From Candidatus Dormiibacterota bacterium (GTDB lineage: Bacteria > Chloroflexota > Dormibacteria > Aeolococcales > Aeolococcaceae), in contig CAWGML010000002.1 in NCBI GenBank assembly GCA_963823765.1, positions 92,337 to 156,336 of the forward strand: DNA of 64,000 nucleotides, written 5' to 3'. The first letter of the stretch is position 1, and the number at the start of each line of letters is the position of its first letter. The position numbers were made by a program, and so were the translations under genes. Under the pieces are notes generated by a model. The model was not told the DNA's origin. It saw only the letters and a list, made by a program, of their open reading frames with translations, and made no database searches. Shown one piece after another: positions 11,764 to 21,474 of this stretch.

Positions 11764-12720
11764 CTAGGCGACATGACTCACCTCGATCGGTCGCGCGCTC
11801 TCACCGGTGGACCACATGCCCTTGTGCCGCGCTCCCCAGCGCACGCCGGTGTAGCAGAGCACGCCCAGGGCCATGCCGGCGACACCGTCGAGAACGTAGT
11901 GCTCGCCCAGGTAGATGGTGGCAAAGGCCATCGTGATCGGGTACAGCAGCCACAGCGACGCGAGGCTTGGGCGCCGCTCCCGCAGCCCGATGATGGTGGC
12001 AGCGATCAGTGAGGGCACGGCCACGTGGAGGGCTGGCATGGCGCTGTATGGCGCCGGGTCGGCACCGCTGTAGAGGCGGCCGACGGGGCCGAGGTGGTTG
12101 AGGAGGCTCACGGTGATGCGGTCCAGATGGGGCAGGAGGCCCGCGCGCGACGCGAGCCACGGCGGCGTCTCCGGGTAGAACACGGCCACCAGGCACGCGA
12201 CCGCCATCATGCAGAGATAGGCGGCGACGAAGAGAGAGAAGCGGTCGCGGTGTCGCAGCCACAGCCACAGCCCGAAGACGATGGGCGCGGCGAAGAATGT
12301 GAGGTAGAGCACGCCCAGGGGCACGTCCATCCAGACAACGAGTGGACGTAGGTGGTCCTGGAGCCAGGCCGCGGCGATGTTGCCGCCGAGCAACGCTCGC
12401 TCGGCCAGGATCGGGTCCAGGGAGTGAGCGCCACTCGCACCCTGTGCCGTCAACGTGCCGAGGTCGGCGAACATCACCCCGACGCCCACGAATGGGAGCC
12501 AGTCCCAGACGAAATCCCGCGCCGGCGCCACCACGCAGAAGACCACCAGTGCGATCAGCATGGCGTGCTCGGCGGTGACCCCGACGGCGTGCACCGTCAT
12601 CAGGATCGTCGAGAGACCCGTGTAGGCGATGAGAACGGTGTAGACGAGCGGCTGGCGACGGACCGCGTGGATCCGAGCGCGCACCGGCAGCGGTCGCTCG
12701 ACCACTCCACCTCCCCCCAT
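11764..12720 (-). CDS. PAP2-superfamily-like polytopic membrane protein
   Basis: Multi-TM protein with C-terminal motifs PALHVAVPS and IYLGEHYVLDGVAGMALG resembling PAP2 phosphatase motifs C2/C3. Start taken at the internal M (MGGGGVVERP). The first about 50 aa of the ORF are low-complexity. Confidence 0.5.
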   Translation of the reverse strand: MGGGGVVERPLPVRARIHAVRRQPLVYTVLIAYTGLSTILMTVHAVGVTAEHAMLIALVVFCVVAPARDFVWDWLPFVGVGVMFADLGTLTAQGASGAHSLDPILAERALLGGNIAAAWLQDHLRPLVVWMDVPLGVLYLTFFAAPIVFGLWLWLRHRDRFSLFVAAYLCMMAVACLVAVFYPETPPWLASRAGLLPHLDRITVSLLNHLGPVGRLYSGADPAPYSAMPALHVAVPSLIAATIIGLRERRPSLASLWLLYPITMAFATIYLGEHYVLDGVAGMALGVLCYTGVRWGARHKGMWSTGESARPIEVSHVA

Positions 12721-12985
12721 CTCAACCCCCTCAGGCGGGCGCCACGCGTTTGCGGATGGCACCCGGCGGGGGCACCCCTCGGGGCGGGATGAGAGCGGTG
12801 CTCGAAGCCCTCTCGACGCTGCTGACCGGTGAGCGGAAGACCACGGTCGTCCAACTATGCCGCGTCCGTGCACCTGTCGTCACGCAGTCCTGATCGGGAG
12901 AACTCCCGATGCCACGCGGCGCGATCGACGGTAGCGTCGCCTCCGAGCACAGAGATGCTCCAGATCGTGAACAGGAGGCACAGAC

Positions 12986-13423
12986 ATGGCAAGCAGCGAG
13001 GCGACCACCCTGGTCACCCGGATCTTCGAAGAGGTCATCAACCAAGGACGGCTGGAGAGCATCGACGACCTCTTCGCGGAGGACTTCGTCGACCACGGAC
13101 CGGGCGGCGATCTCCATGGCCGCGAGGCGTTCCGCGTGGTGGTCAGTACCTGGCGCTCGGCCTTCTCCGACATCCGCTGTGAGGTCTCGAACATCATCTC
13201 CGACGGCGACACGGTGGGCTGGCTGGTTCACACCACGGGCGTCCACACCGGCGACGCCCTCGGCTTCCCGGCCACCAACCGGCGCATCGAGACGGTGAGC
13301 CCGAACATCGGCATCTTCCGCGGCGGCAAGGCCGTGGAGCACTGGGCCGAGCAGGGGATGCTCGCCACCCTCCAGCAGCTGGGGGTGATCCCGGTCATGG
13401 CTCCGCCGCAACCCGTGTCCTGA
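12986..13423 (+). CDS. SnoaL-like polyketide cyclase / ester cyclase family protein (NTF2-like fold)
   Basis: 145 aa. The FEEVINQGRLESIDDLFAEDFVDHGP...HG and GGKAVEHW pattern is characteristic of the SnoaL_2/ester-cyclase family. Confidence 0.75.
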   Translation: MASSEATTLVTRIFEEVINQGRLESIDDLFAEDFVDHGPGGDLHGREAFRVVVSTWRSAFSDIRCEVSNIISDGDTVGWLVHTTGVHTGDALGFPATNRRIETVSPNIGIFRGGKAVEHWAEQGMLATLQQLGVIPVMAPPQPVS

Positions 13424-13464
13424 CCGCTTGACAGACCTCCGCCGGGAGACCGCACCATCGCCCC

Positions 13465-15063
13465 GTGGGCGATCGAGTGGCGGCTCCCGGTCCGGAGGCA
13501 CGCAGGGGGTCACAGGCCGCCCCCGCGCGGCTGGCCGAGGCAACCGCCCTGCTCGCGGTCGCCACCGACCTCAGCACCGGCATGCCCCTGACCACGAGCC
13601 TGCGGACCTGCCTCGCCGCGCTGCGGATCGCGGAGCTCCTCGATGACGACTCCCTCGACCGCGGCGCCCTCTTCCACTACTGCCTGGTGAGGCTGATGGG
13701 GTGCACGGTGGAGACGTCGCGGTTCGCCGGGGCCATGGGCAACGAGATCGTCCTCTCCACGGCGATGGTGCCGGTCGACCAGGGCAGCCCGCGCGAGATG
13801 CTCCCGATGGTGCTCCGCTCCGTCGGTGCCGGTGAGGCGCCGCTGCGGCGCGTCCGGCTGATCATGTCGGCGCTGTCATTCGGGTCGGGCATGAAGTCGG
13901 TGATGGCGGGCCACTGTGAGGTGTCGCGCATGCTCACGGACGACCTGCGGCTCGGTGATGAGGTGACGGCCGCGCTGGACAACACCTACGAGCGGTGGGA
14001 CGGCAAGGGCGCCCCGCACGGGGTGCGCGGCGAGAGCATTCCGCTGATCACACGGGTGATGCAGGGCGCGTTCCAGGCCGTTGTCCAGGAGGCTGCCGGC
14101 GGCGAGGAGCAGGTGCGTGCAGTGGCGCGCAAACGCGCTGCGGGCGGACTCGATCCTGGCATCGCCGACATCCTGGCCTCGCATGCCGAGGACGTGCTCG
14201 ACGCCACCCACGTCAACTCGCCATGGGACGCGGTGCTCGCCGCCGAGCCCGGTGTGCGTCGCACGCTGTCGGACCAGCAGATGGACGCGACCGCCACAGC
14301 CATCGGCTGCTTCGCCGACCTCAAGGCCGACGCCTTCGCCGGGCACTCCGCAGGCGTGGCCCGCCGCGCAGTCGACGGCGGCCGGGCCCAGGGCATGAGC
14401 AACGCCGAGATCACCGAGCTCAACCGCGCCGCCCTGATCCACGACCTCGGCCGCGTGGCTGTCACCACCACCATCTGGGACAAACGCGGGCCGCTCGCCG
14501 ACGACGAGTGGGAGGAGGTGCGACTGCACGCGTACCACACCGACCGGGTGGCCGGGCGCGTGCCCTGGTTGTCGGGGGCGGCGCGTACCGCCGGGCTCCA
14601 CCATGAGCGCCTCGACGGCGCCGGCTACCACCGCGGCTGCGGGCCGTCCGGCCTCACCGCGTCCGCGCGCCTGCTCGCCGCCGCCGACTGCTACCGCGCC
14701 CTGTGTGAGCCTCGTCCGTACCGACCGGCTCATTCACGCGACGAGGCGGCCAAGCTCCTCAGCGAGGAGGCGCGGGCCGGCCGCCTCGACGCTGATGCCG
14801 TCGCGTGCCTGCTCGAGGGCGCCGGCCACCCCGTGAGCCGCGCTCCGCGCGTCCTGCCTGCCGGCCTCACCGAGCGGGAGATCGAGGTGCTGCGGGTCAT
14901 CGCCAAGGGTGCAACCGTCAAGCAGGCTGCCTACACGCTGCATCTCGCTCCCAAGACAGTCGACGCGCATGTCCAGCACATCTACGACAAGGTCGGCTGC
15001 ACGACCCGCGCCGGTGCCGCGGTCTTCGCCATGCGCGAGGGGCTTCTCGACCCGGCGATCTGA
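13465..15063 (+). CDS. HD-GYP-like domain protein fused to LuxR-type HTH (c-di-GMP-related transcriptional regulator)
   Basis: The central domain has HDLGRVAV...HHERLDGAGYHRG, an HD-GYP signature with GYP replaced by GYH. The N-terminal about 230 aa look like a degenerate second HD-type domain. The C-terminus TEREIEVLRVIAKGATVKQAAYTLHLAPKTVDAHVQHIYDKVG is a LuxR/GerE HTH. Confidence 0.75.
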   Translation: MGDRVAAPGPEARRGSQAAPARLAEATALLAVATDLSTGMPLTTSLRTCLAALRIAELLDDDSLDRGALFHYCLVRLMGCTVETSRFAGAMGNEIVLSTAMVPVDQGSPREMLPMVLRSVGAGEAPLRRVRLIMSALSFGSGMKSVMAGHCEVSRMLTDDLRLGDEVTAALDNTYERWDGKGAPHGVRGESIPLITRVMQGAFQAVVQEAAGGEEQVRAVARKRAAGGLDPGIADILASHAEDVLDATHVNSPWDAVLAAEPGVRRTLSDQQMDATATAIGCFADLKADAFAGHSAGVARRAVDGGRAQGMSNAEITELNRAALIHDLGRVAVTTTIWDKRGPLADDEWEEVRLHAYHTDRVAGRVPWLSGAARTAGLHHERLDGAGYHRGCGPSGLTASARLLAAADCYRALCEPRPYRPAHSRDEAAKLLSEEARAGRLDADAVACLLEGAGHPVSRAPRVLPAGLTEREIEVLRVIAKGATVKQAAYTLHLAPKTVDAHVQHIYDKVGCTTRAGAAVFAMREGLLDPAI

Positions 15064-15219
15064 TCCGCGGAGAAGGGGGTGCCGGCCGGGCGGCTGATGG
15101 ACGCCGTTCGCGCGGTGCGATCCGGCCTCGGGCGGTAGGTCCACGGCGACCGGAACCCGCGTCCTACACTCGTCACGGCTGCACCGGTCGCCGCCCAACC
15201 CGCGGACCATGGAGGACCC

Positions 15220-15735
15220 GTGGACGTTCCTTTCGGACTCGATCGGGAGCGCAACCTGGAGCGCGAGTCGCACTCCGTGTGGGCCCGCCGGGCCGGCCTG
15301 GTCGTGATCCTCACATTCATCGTCCTCGGGCTCCTCAACCTGTTCGGTCAGCGCTCGACGGTGTCCACCGTCACCGCCAACGGCGTGGCGCTCACCCTCG
15401 ATTCACCGACGGCGCTGCGCAGCGGCCTGCTCTTCACGACCGAGATCAGCGTGACCTCGCAGACGCCCGTCAAGGACCTCCACGTGGTGGTGTCGTCCGA
15501 CTGGCTGCGCGGCATGACGCTGAACGGCATCGCACCCCAGGCCAGCAACGACAACGGCTCCGACCGGGGCCTCGACCTCGACTACCAGCAGCTCGACGCC
15601 GGCAAGCCCTTCGTGATGTGGATCTCCTGGCAGGTGAATCCCACCACCGTCGGTTCGCGCAGCCAGGACGTCACCATCGACGACGGTTCCAAGGAGCTCG
15701 TCACCATGCACCGCGCAACGTTCATCTTCCCCTAG
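15220..15735 (+). CDS. Hypothetical membrane-anchored protein
   Basis: 171 aa with one N-terminal TM (LVVILTFIVLGLLNLF) and a beta-rich extracytoplasmic domain. No recognisable motif. Confidence 0.45.
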   Translation: MDVPFGLDRERNLERESHSVWARRAGLVVILTFIVLGLLNLFGQRSTVSTVTANGVALTLDSPTALRSGLLFTTEISVTSQTPVKDLHVVVSSDWLRGMTLNGIAPQASNDNGSDRGLDLDYQQLDAGKPFVMWISWQVNPTTVGSRSQDVTIDDGSKELVTMHRATFIFP

Positions 15736-15738
15736 CCG

Positions 15739-16188
15739 ATGGACCTGGTTCTCCGCGCCGCCGCGGCCTTCGTGCTGGTCTTCCTCTTCACGCGCATCGT
15801 CGGGCGGCGCGAGCTGGCCCAGATGCAGCCGATCGACCTGATCCTGCTGGTGCTGGTGGGCGACCTCGTGCAGCAGGGCGTCACCCAGAACGACATGTCG
15901 ATCACCGGGATACTGCTGGTGATCGGCACCGTCGGGCTGCTGCAGGTCTTCGTGTCGTACGTCAGCTACCGCTTCCGTCGCCTGCGCCCGCTCATCAACG
16001 GGGTGCCCGTGATCATCGTCGACAACGGCAGGCCGGTGGAGCGGAACATGCGCCGCGAGCGGGTCAGCCTCGACGACCTCGCCGAGGAGGCGCGCCTCAG
16101 TGAGATCAGCTCGCTCGATGAGATCCAGTGGGCGGTGCTCGAGACATCTGGGCGGATGAGCTTCGTCAAGCGTCAGGCGCAGGCCTGA
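15739..16188 (+). CDS. DUF421 (YetF-like) membrane protein
   Basis: Two N-terminal TM helices, then PVIIVDNGRPVERNMRRERVSLDDLAEEARLSEISSLDEIQWAVLETSGRMS. This matches the conserved YetF C-terminal domain pattern. Starts 4 nt after the previous gene. Confidence 0.75.
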   Translation: MDLVLRAAAAFVLVFLFTRIVGRRELAQMQPIDLILLVLVGDLVQQGVTQNDMSITGILLVIGTVGLLQVFVSYVSYRFRRLRPLINGVPVIIVDNGRPVERNMRRERVSLDDLAEEARLSEISSLDEIQWAVLETSGRMSFVKRQAQA

Positions 16189-16313
16189 CTGGTCCGAGGC
16201 CCGCGCGGGCACTCACACGCCATCGATCGCGCCAAGAGCTGCACACGGAGCCAACGCCCAACTCGCGCCGAGATAGAGTGGGGCCCTCATCAGACGGGGA
16301 ACAGGGGGACAGT

Positions 16314-17204
16314 TCAATGCAAAGCCGCATGCGGATCCTTGGAGTTGTGACAGCGCTGGGCGTGAGCGCTGTCGCCGGCGCGTCGGTAGCGTCGACAGTC
16401 CACGCCGCAGTCGGGAAGGGCGCGGCGCCAGCCGCCCTGGCGACGCCGTCGAAACCGTCGGGGTACAAGGTGGTGATATCCAGTCTGATCGCGGCCGCCG
16501 CGGGCCAGCAGACGCATGGGTCGGTGGCATGCCCGACCACCAAGAGGGGCGTCCAGACGGAACCGACCGGCGGAGGCGCGGTGATCAGTGGCACGGACAC
16601 CAACATGAACATCAACTCCAGCTATCCGTTCGGGACAGCATGGGACGTCGACGTCAACAACGCCAGCGCCAACAACGGGTCGTTCGATGTCTATGCGGTG
16701 TGCTCGCTGCCCACAAAGGGCTACACCGTGGCGACGGCATCCTTCGCGGGCTCGGCAGGCATGCAGAGCCACGGCGACGCCACCTGCCCGAGCGGGACCA
16801 AGGTGCTCGGTGGCGGCGCGTTCAGCAGCTCTGGGAACACGTCGGACAACATCAACTCGAGCTACCCGTCGGACGCGTCGAACTGGGTCGTCGACATGAA
16901 CAACGCCAGCGGGGCCAACAGCGGCTTCAACGTCTACGCGGTGTGCTCGAAGTACCCAGCGAAGACCGGCTACCAGATCGTTTACAGCGCGTCGGTCACC
17001 AACGCGCCGCAAGCGCAGACGCTTGCAACCGCCACCTGCCCGTCTGGGACCGTTCCGCTCGGTGGTGGCGGGCTGTCGTCCTCGATCTCGACCAATGTCA
17101 GTCTCAACAGCACGCTCCCGAACGGAACCAGTTGGTCGAGTTACGAGGACAACAACAGCACCAATAACGAGACCATAACCGCGTCCGCGATCTGCGCCCA
17201 CTGA
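16314..17204 (+). CDS. Secreted protein with three tandem ~80-aa Cys-containing repeats
   Basis: Signal peptide MQSRMRILGVVTALGVSAVAGASVAS. Three repeats share GY.V...H/TG...CP.G...GGG...N.NSSYP...W.VD.NNAS...F.VYAVCS. The listed ORF starts at 16128, but the signal peptide begins at 16314. Confidence 0.65.
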   Translation, partial: SMQSRMRILGVVTALGVSAVAGASVASTVHAAVGKGAAPAALATPSKPSGYKVVISSLIAAAAGQQTHGSVACPTTKRGVQTEPTGGGAVISGTDTNMNINSSYPFGTAWDVDVNNASANNGSFDVYAVCSLPTKGYTVATASFAGSAGMQSHGDATCPSGTKVLGGGAFSSSGNTSDNINSSYPSDASNWVVDMNNASGANSGFNVYAVCSKYPAKTGYQIVYSASVTNAPQAQTLATATCPSGTVPLGGGGLSSSISTNVSLNSTLPNGTSWSSYEDNNSTNNETITASAICAH

Positions 17205-17237
17205 CCGCTAGGCCGAGGACAGACCGCCGGGACCAGC

Positions 17238-17258
17238 GCGGCGAGCCGGGCTCGCCGC
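17238..17258. terminator. GC-rich hairpin between convergent genes
   Basis: GCGGCGAGC-cgg-GCTCGCCGC is a perfect 9-bp inverted repeat in the 66-nt gap between the convergent genes ending at 17204 and 17271. Confidence 0.45.
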
Positions 17259-17270
17259 GTCGGCTCTCGG

Positions 17271-18777
17271 CTACGCGCTGGTGCGCACGTAGATCAACAG
17301 GGAACCGGCGTGGCGCGTGGCGAAGTCCTCGGCCAGCTCCGCGCGAACCGGCGCTGACAGCGGGATCCGCCCGTTGAACCTCGTGTACACGAGGTAGTCA
17401 CTCCTCTCGATGGCGTGGACCCACACCTCGGCGGTCTCGGCGGCGTCTGCGCCGCCGGATGCGATGGTCGTCCCGTAGGGGTCGGCCGCGTTGTCCGCAC
17501 AACCGCGGACGCGCGAGACGAAGCGGTCCGAGACGATCAGGTAGTCCGAGCTGTCCGCCAGCGCGCAGGCTTGAACGGGGATCACCGCGTCGACGGCACG
17601 GGAGACGTCGTTGCCGTGCTCACCGAGGATGATCCGCCCCTGGTTGAAGGCGAGGGCAACGACCAGGAGAGCGGTCACCGCCAGCGCCGGGCGCACCGAG
17701 CCCCACGGGCGAGCAGCATGCCGACGGCGCCGCCGATCACCATCGACGCGAAGGGCGCGAAGAACGCCGCGTAGTGGTCGTAGAACTCCGACGGCGCCAT
17801 GAGCAGAAGGCCGGCGCCGACCATCGAGCAGAGCACGAACCAGTCGAACGCGCTCGGCGCCGCGCGCGCACCAGCAGTGCGACGGCCAGAGCCGCGATCA
17901 GCGTCACCAGCACGATGGATGCGACGTGCGCAGCCGTGCCGGGCGCGACGGCCGAGCCGCCGGTGAGGTCGCCGAGCCGGGTGATCAGCGGGACACGGTC
18001 TCCGTAGCCGACGCGGCCGAGTTGCGTGAGCACGACCTGGTGGAAGAAGGCGGTGGGCGCGGCCAGGGCAAAGGGCAGCGTCGGCACCACGAAACCCGCG
18101 GCAACGCCACCGAGGAACGGCCCCAGCCGGCGGCGGGCCTGGACAGCGCAGAGCACGACGATCACCAGCACCGGTATCAGCGCCCAGCCCTTGATCGTCC
18201 CGGCGAAGCCGAACATCACCCCCCCGAGCAGCATCCGGCGTGTCCCGGCGAACCTGTCGCCGCTGAACGCGAGCACGGCACCGAGCAGGCAGAAGAGGTC
18301 GAGCAGCGGCTCGAGAAGCAGGGTGTGCGAGGCGTGCACCTCCGACGGGTACACGGCCATCAGCCCGGCGGCGACCAGCGTCGCGAGCTGTCCCCTGTGG
18401 CGCATCAGCATCCCCACCAACACCACGTTCGCGGCTGCCACCAGCGGCATGAAGAGGCGCGCGGTCGCCAGCGCGTCGCGGGTGCCGATGGCGCGCGAGA
18501 GCAGCGCAAAGGGACTGGCCAGCAACTCGAAACCGGGCGGCTGGACCAGGACGAAGTCGCGATAGGGCAGTGCGCCATGCACCATGCGGATGGCCGAGCC
18601 GAAGTACGCGCCGTCGTCGTACTCGGTGACGCCGAAGAGCGTGCCGGGACGGCTCAGCTCGTAGAAGCAGAGAGCCATCGCGAGCGCCGCGGCCCCGCCG
18701 ATGATCACGCGCATCATGTCGGTGTGGCGCGCGCCGCTGGCTGCGACGCCGGCATCCCTCCCGGTGCGGAGGCCCAT
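17271..18777 (-). CDS. GT-C fold membrane glycosyltransferase (PMT/ArnT-like), two apparent frameshifts near 17700-17830
   Basis: N-terminal TM followed by the GT-C first-loop motif GVTEYDDGAYFGSAIRMVHGALPYRDFVLVQPPG and about 10 TM helices. The protein continues across three frames (...ALAVALLVRARR / FDWFVLCSMVGAGLLLMAPSEFYDHYAAFFAPFASMVIGGAVGML / RPALAVTALLVVALAFNQGRII...) into a C-terminal extracytoplasmic domain in 17271..17696. Confidence 0.5.
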
Positions 18778-18790
18778 CGAGTTGTTCACC

Positions 18791-19978
18791 CTACCGACCC
18801 GTTCCGACCGCGACGTTCGGTCGTGCCGCTGCCGGGGGGTGAGCACCGCTGACCTGCGCGGACGCATGGCGCGTGGTCTCCGTGACGAGCAGGCGAGCCA
18901 GTGTTGCGGCGAGGGCCACTGCGAACGCCACGTTGACCACCGGAGGCTGCAGGCCGAACGGATGGAAGTGCGCGTTGACGAGCATCCCCGCCACGGTCAG
19001 CTCACCGATGAGCCACCACGCCGGGCGGGAGCCGCGGCCCGTCGCCAGCAGGACGACGAAGGGGAGCGGCCAGATGAGGTACTGCTCGATGACCTGCTTG
19101 CTGAGCAGCAGGAAGAGCAGCAGCGTGGCGGCCACGACCACCGTGTCATCCTCGAGGGACGTGACGATGATCGCGGCAGCCACGAACACGCCGAGCAGCA
19201 CGTAGCCGACGTCGACCTGCAGCGCGGCGGGCAGCCCATGCAGCACGACCTGCCAGGACAAGCCGCCGGGCAGCTTGCCGGCGCTGTAGAGGAGATCGGT
19301 GACGAAGGCGCGCGGGCTGGTGAGGAGGTACGGAGCCGCGAGGACGACGAGGACCAGGCAGACGGTCGCGACCACGCGCACCGAGCCGATCCGGCCACGC
19401 CGCAGCACCCACGGCAGCAGGAAGAGAGGGAACGTCTTGGCGGCGATCGACAGCGCGTACCACAGCGAGAAGCGCCTGTTCCCCGGTCGCCCGCCGACGA
19501 CGGTCACGAAGGCGAGCAGGAGCAGTGCGACAGCGACGCTGTCGAAGCGACCGTAGAACGCGCCGTTGTACAGGACCAGCGGGTTGAGGAAGAAGAGCGC
19601 CGCGGCGATCGCCTGGGCGCGTCGATCCACGTGGCGGCGGCGCAGCGCGCCCACGATGAGCACCGTCGTCAGCAGGTCGGCGGCGGCGATCGGCAGCTTG
19701 CCGAGGATGGTGAACGGCACCCCGGTGTGCAGCGCCAACCACTGCATGGGCAGCTCGACATAGAGGAAGAGAGGGAAGTACGTGTACGGGCCGCCGCTGT
19801 ACGCGGGGTGATGCGCGTAGACGTTGACCCCGTTCAGGGTGGCGCGCGAGGCCAGGTCCCAGACCGTGAAGTCGGGCCCGTGCGTGATCGGGATGAGAAC
19901 AGCGCGCACCACCAGCCCCACGACCAGCACGACGCCCACAGGGCCAAATGTCGCGAGCCGGCGCGCGATCCTCCGCAT
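18791..19978 (-). CDS. GT87 / DUF2029 family membrane glycosyltransferase (polyprenol-phosphate-sugar dependent, MptB/PimE-like)
   Basis: VYAHHPAYSGGPYTYFPLFLY...NPLVLYNGAFYGRFD matches the conserved DUF2029/GT87 N-terminal loop, followed by about 10 TM helices. The start ATG overlaps the upstream gene stop (TGATG) at 19978. The listed ORF N-terminal 44 aa lie in the upstream gene's frame. Confidence 0.75.
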   Translation of the reverse strand: MRRIARRLATFGPVGVVLVVGLVVRAVLIPITHGPDFTVWDLASRATLNGVNVYAHHPAYSGGPYTYFPLFLYVELPMQWLALHTGVPFTILGKLPIAAADLLTTVLIVGALRRRHVDRRAQAIAAALFFLNPLVLYNGAFYGRFDSVAVALLLLAFVTVVGGRPGNRRFSLWYALSIAAKTFPLFLLPWVLRRGRIGSVRVVATVCLVLVVLAAPYLLTSPRAFVTDLLYSAGKLPGGLSWQVVLHGLPAALQVDVGYVLLGVFVAAAIIVTSLEDDTVVVAATLLLFLLLSKQVIEQYLIWPLPFVVLLATGRGSRPAWWLIGELTVAGMLVNAHFHPFGLQPPVVNVAFAVALAATLARLLVTETTRHASAQVSGAHPPAAARPNVAVGTGR

Positions 19979-21410
19979 CACGCGCACCCGGGGGCGATGT
20001 ACAGGTATCGCGACACCCCCAGACGCATGGCCATGGGGTAGCGCTGCGACACCCAGGCAGGGAAGCCCGGAAGGTGTGCGAAGCGTCCACTGGAGAACAG
20101 CACGGCGCACACAGGTGGGGCGCCGTCAGCCACCACCTCGAGGCCCCTGAATGCGCCCGGCTCGGCGTAGAGGCGTGTGTTCGACGTGTCGACGTAGCCC
20201 GGCGGTGCCGGCCGATTCGCCAGCGCCTGGGCGAACTGTTCGTCGCCGACGAGCTGAACTCGACTGTGAGGTGTGGGCCCTGATCGCGGCTGCGAGCGCG
20301 GTGAGGTCGACAGTCGGCGGCAGGCCGCGGAAGCCCCGACCATAGCGACAGCGCGGCCGCTGAGCCCAGCGCGACGCCGAGCCCGGCCGTGACAGCAAGG
20401 GCGTCGCGGCGCCCGGCGCGGGAGAGCCACTGAGAATGCCGACGACACACCGGCTGCGCAGAGCAGCGCGTAGCCAGGTGACACCGCTACGGCGTGGTGG
20501 TCGCCAGAGCGGACGGGTGATCGCCATCGCGAGCACCGCGCCCGCGAGCCACAGCACCCCGGCGATCACCAGTCGCGGATGGCGGCGCCAGCCGACCACG
20601 CCGCCGATCAGGGCGATCAGGGCGAGGGGCCAGCGCGCCGTCAGCGCGCCGAGCACGCTCAGCCCCGAGGTCGCCGATCGCGAATCGAGGTGGAGCCCGA
20701 TGGCCTGGTTCCACATCGCCTGCCACGCGTCGTGGAGCGGGAGGAGCAGCGCGGCAGCAGCGAGGAGTCCCCCGCCCACGGCGGCGGGAAGCAGCCGGCG
20801 CCACGCGCCGCGGCTCATCAGCACCGCCAGCATGGGCGGCACGACGGCGACGTCGAGCGAACTTGGTGAGGAAGCCGAGCGCCAGCGCCGCCCCGGCCAG
20901 GCCGGCCGCGAGCGCGCTCCAGCGGCGGCTCGCCGTGGTGACCGCGACCGCGGCGAAGGCGACGCTGAGAAGGCCGAGCGCCGTCGCGGGTCCGTCGGAC
21001 TGGAGGACTAGCGACTGGCGGACCATGATCGGGTCGACGGCCAGGGTGACCGCAGCCGCCACCGCCGCCACCCGCCCGGCGAGGCGCCAGCCGATGACGC
21101 CGCCCGCGACCACGGCGAGAGCCCCCCAGGCCAGCATCACGCCACGGGCCGCCGCGATGCCGCCGCCGAGCAGCGCCCAGGGCGGCTCGGTGAAGAGCAG
21201 GAAGGCGGGCGGTTGCGAGCTGTACACCGAGATGAAGAGGGGATGGCCATTGCGCATCGACTGCATGGAGAGCCAGTAGACCCCCTCGTCCCAGTCGATC
21301 TCGCCACCACCAAGAACGTGCAGGCGGGTGACCACGGTGACCACCACCACGGCCCCGATCGCCAGGGCCGCGAGCGCCTGCGGCCGATTCCGGGGGAACC
21401 AGGATGGCAT
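19978..21410 (-). CDS. GT-C fold membrane glycosyltransferase (PMT_2/ArnT-like), apparent frameshifts near 20850 and 20480
   Basis: N-terminus ...GEIDWDEGVYWLSMQSMRNGHPLFISVYSSQPPAFLL is the acidic first-loop motif of PMT_2-type GT-C enzymes, followed by multiple TM helices. The protein continues in 20126..20842 and a soluble C-terminal domain continues in 19978..20484 (QLVGDEQFAQALANRPAPPGYVDTSNTRLYAEPGAFRGLEVVADG...). Confidence 0.5.
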
Positions 21411-21474
21411 CTCGAGTCGGGAGCCTAGTGCACGGCGGTGCGATCGGCCCCCGCCGCAGTGGCCGGCACCGGGC

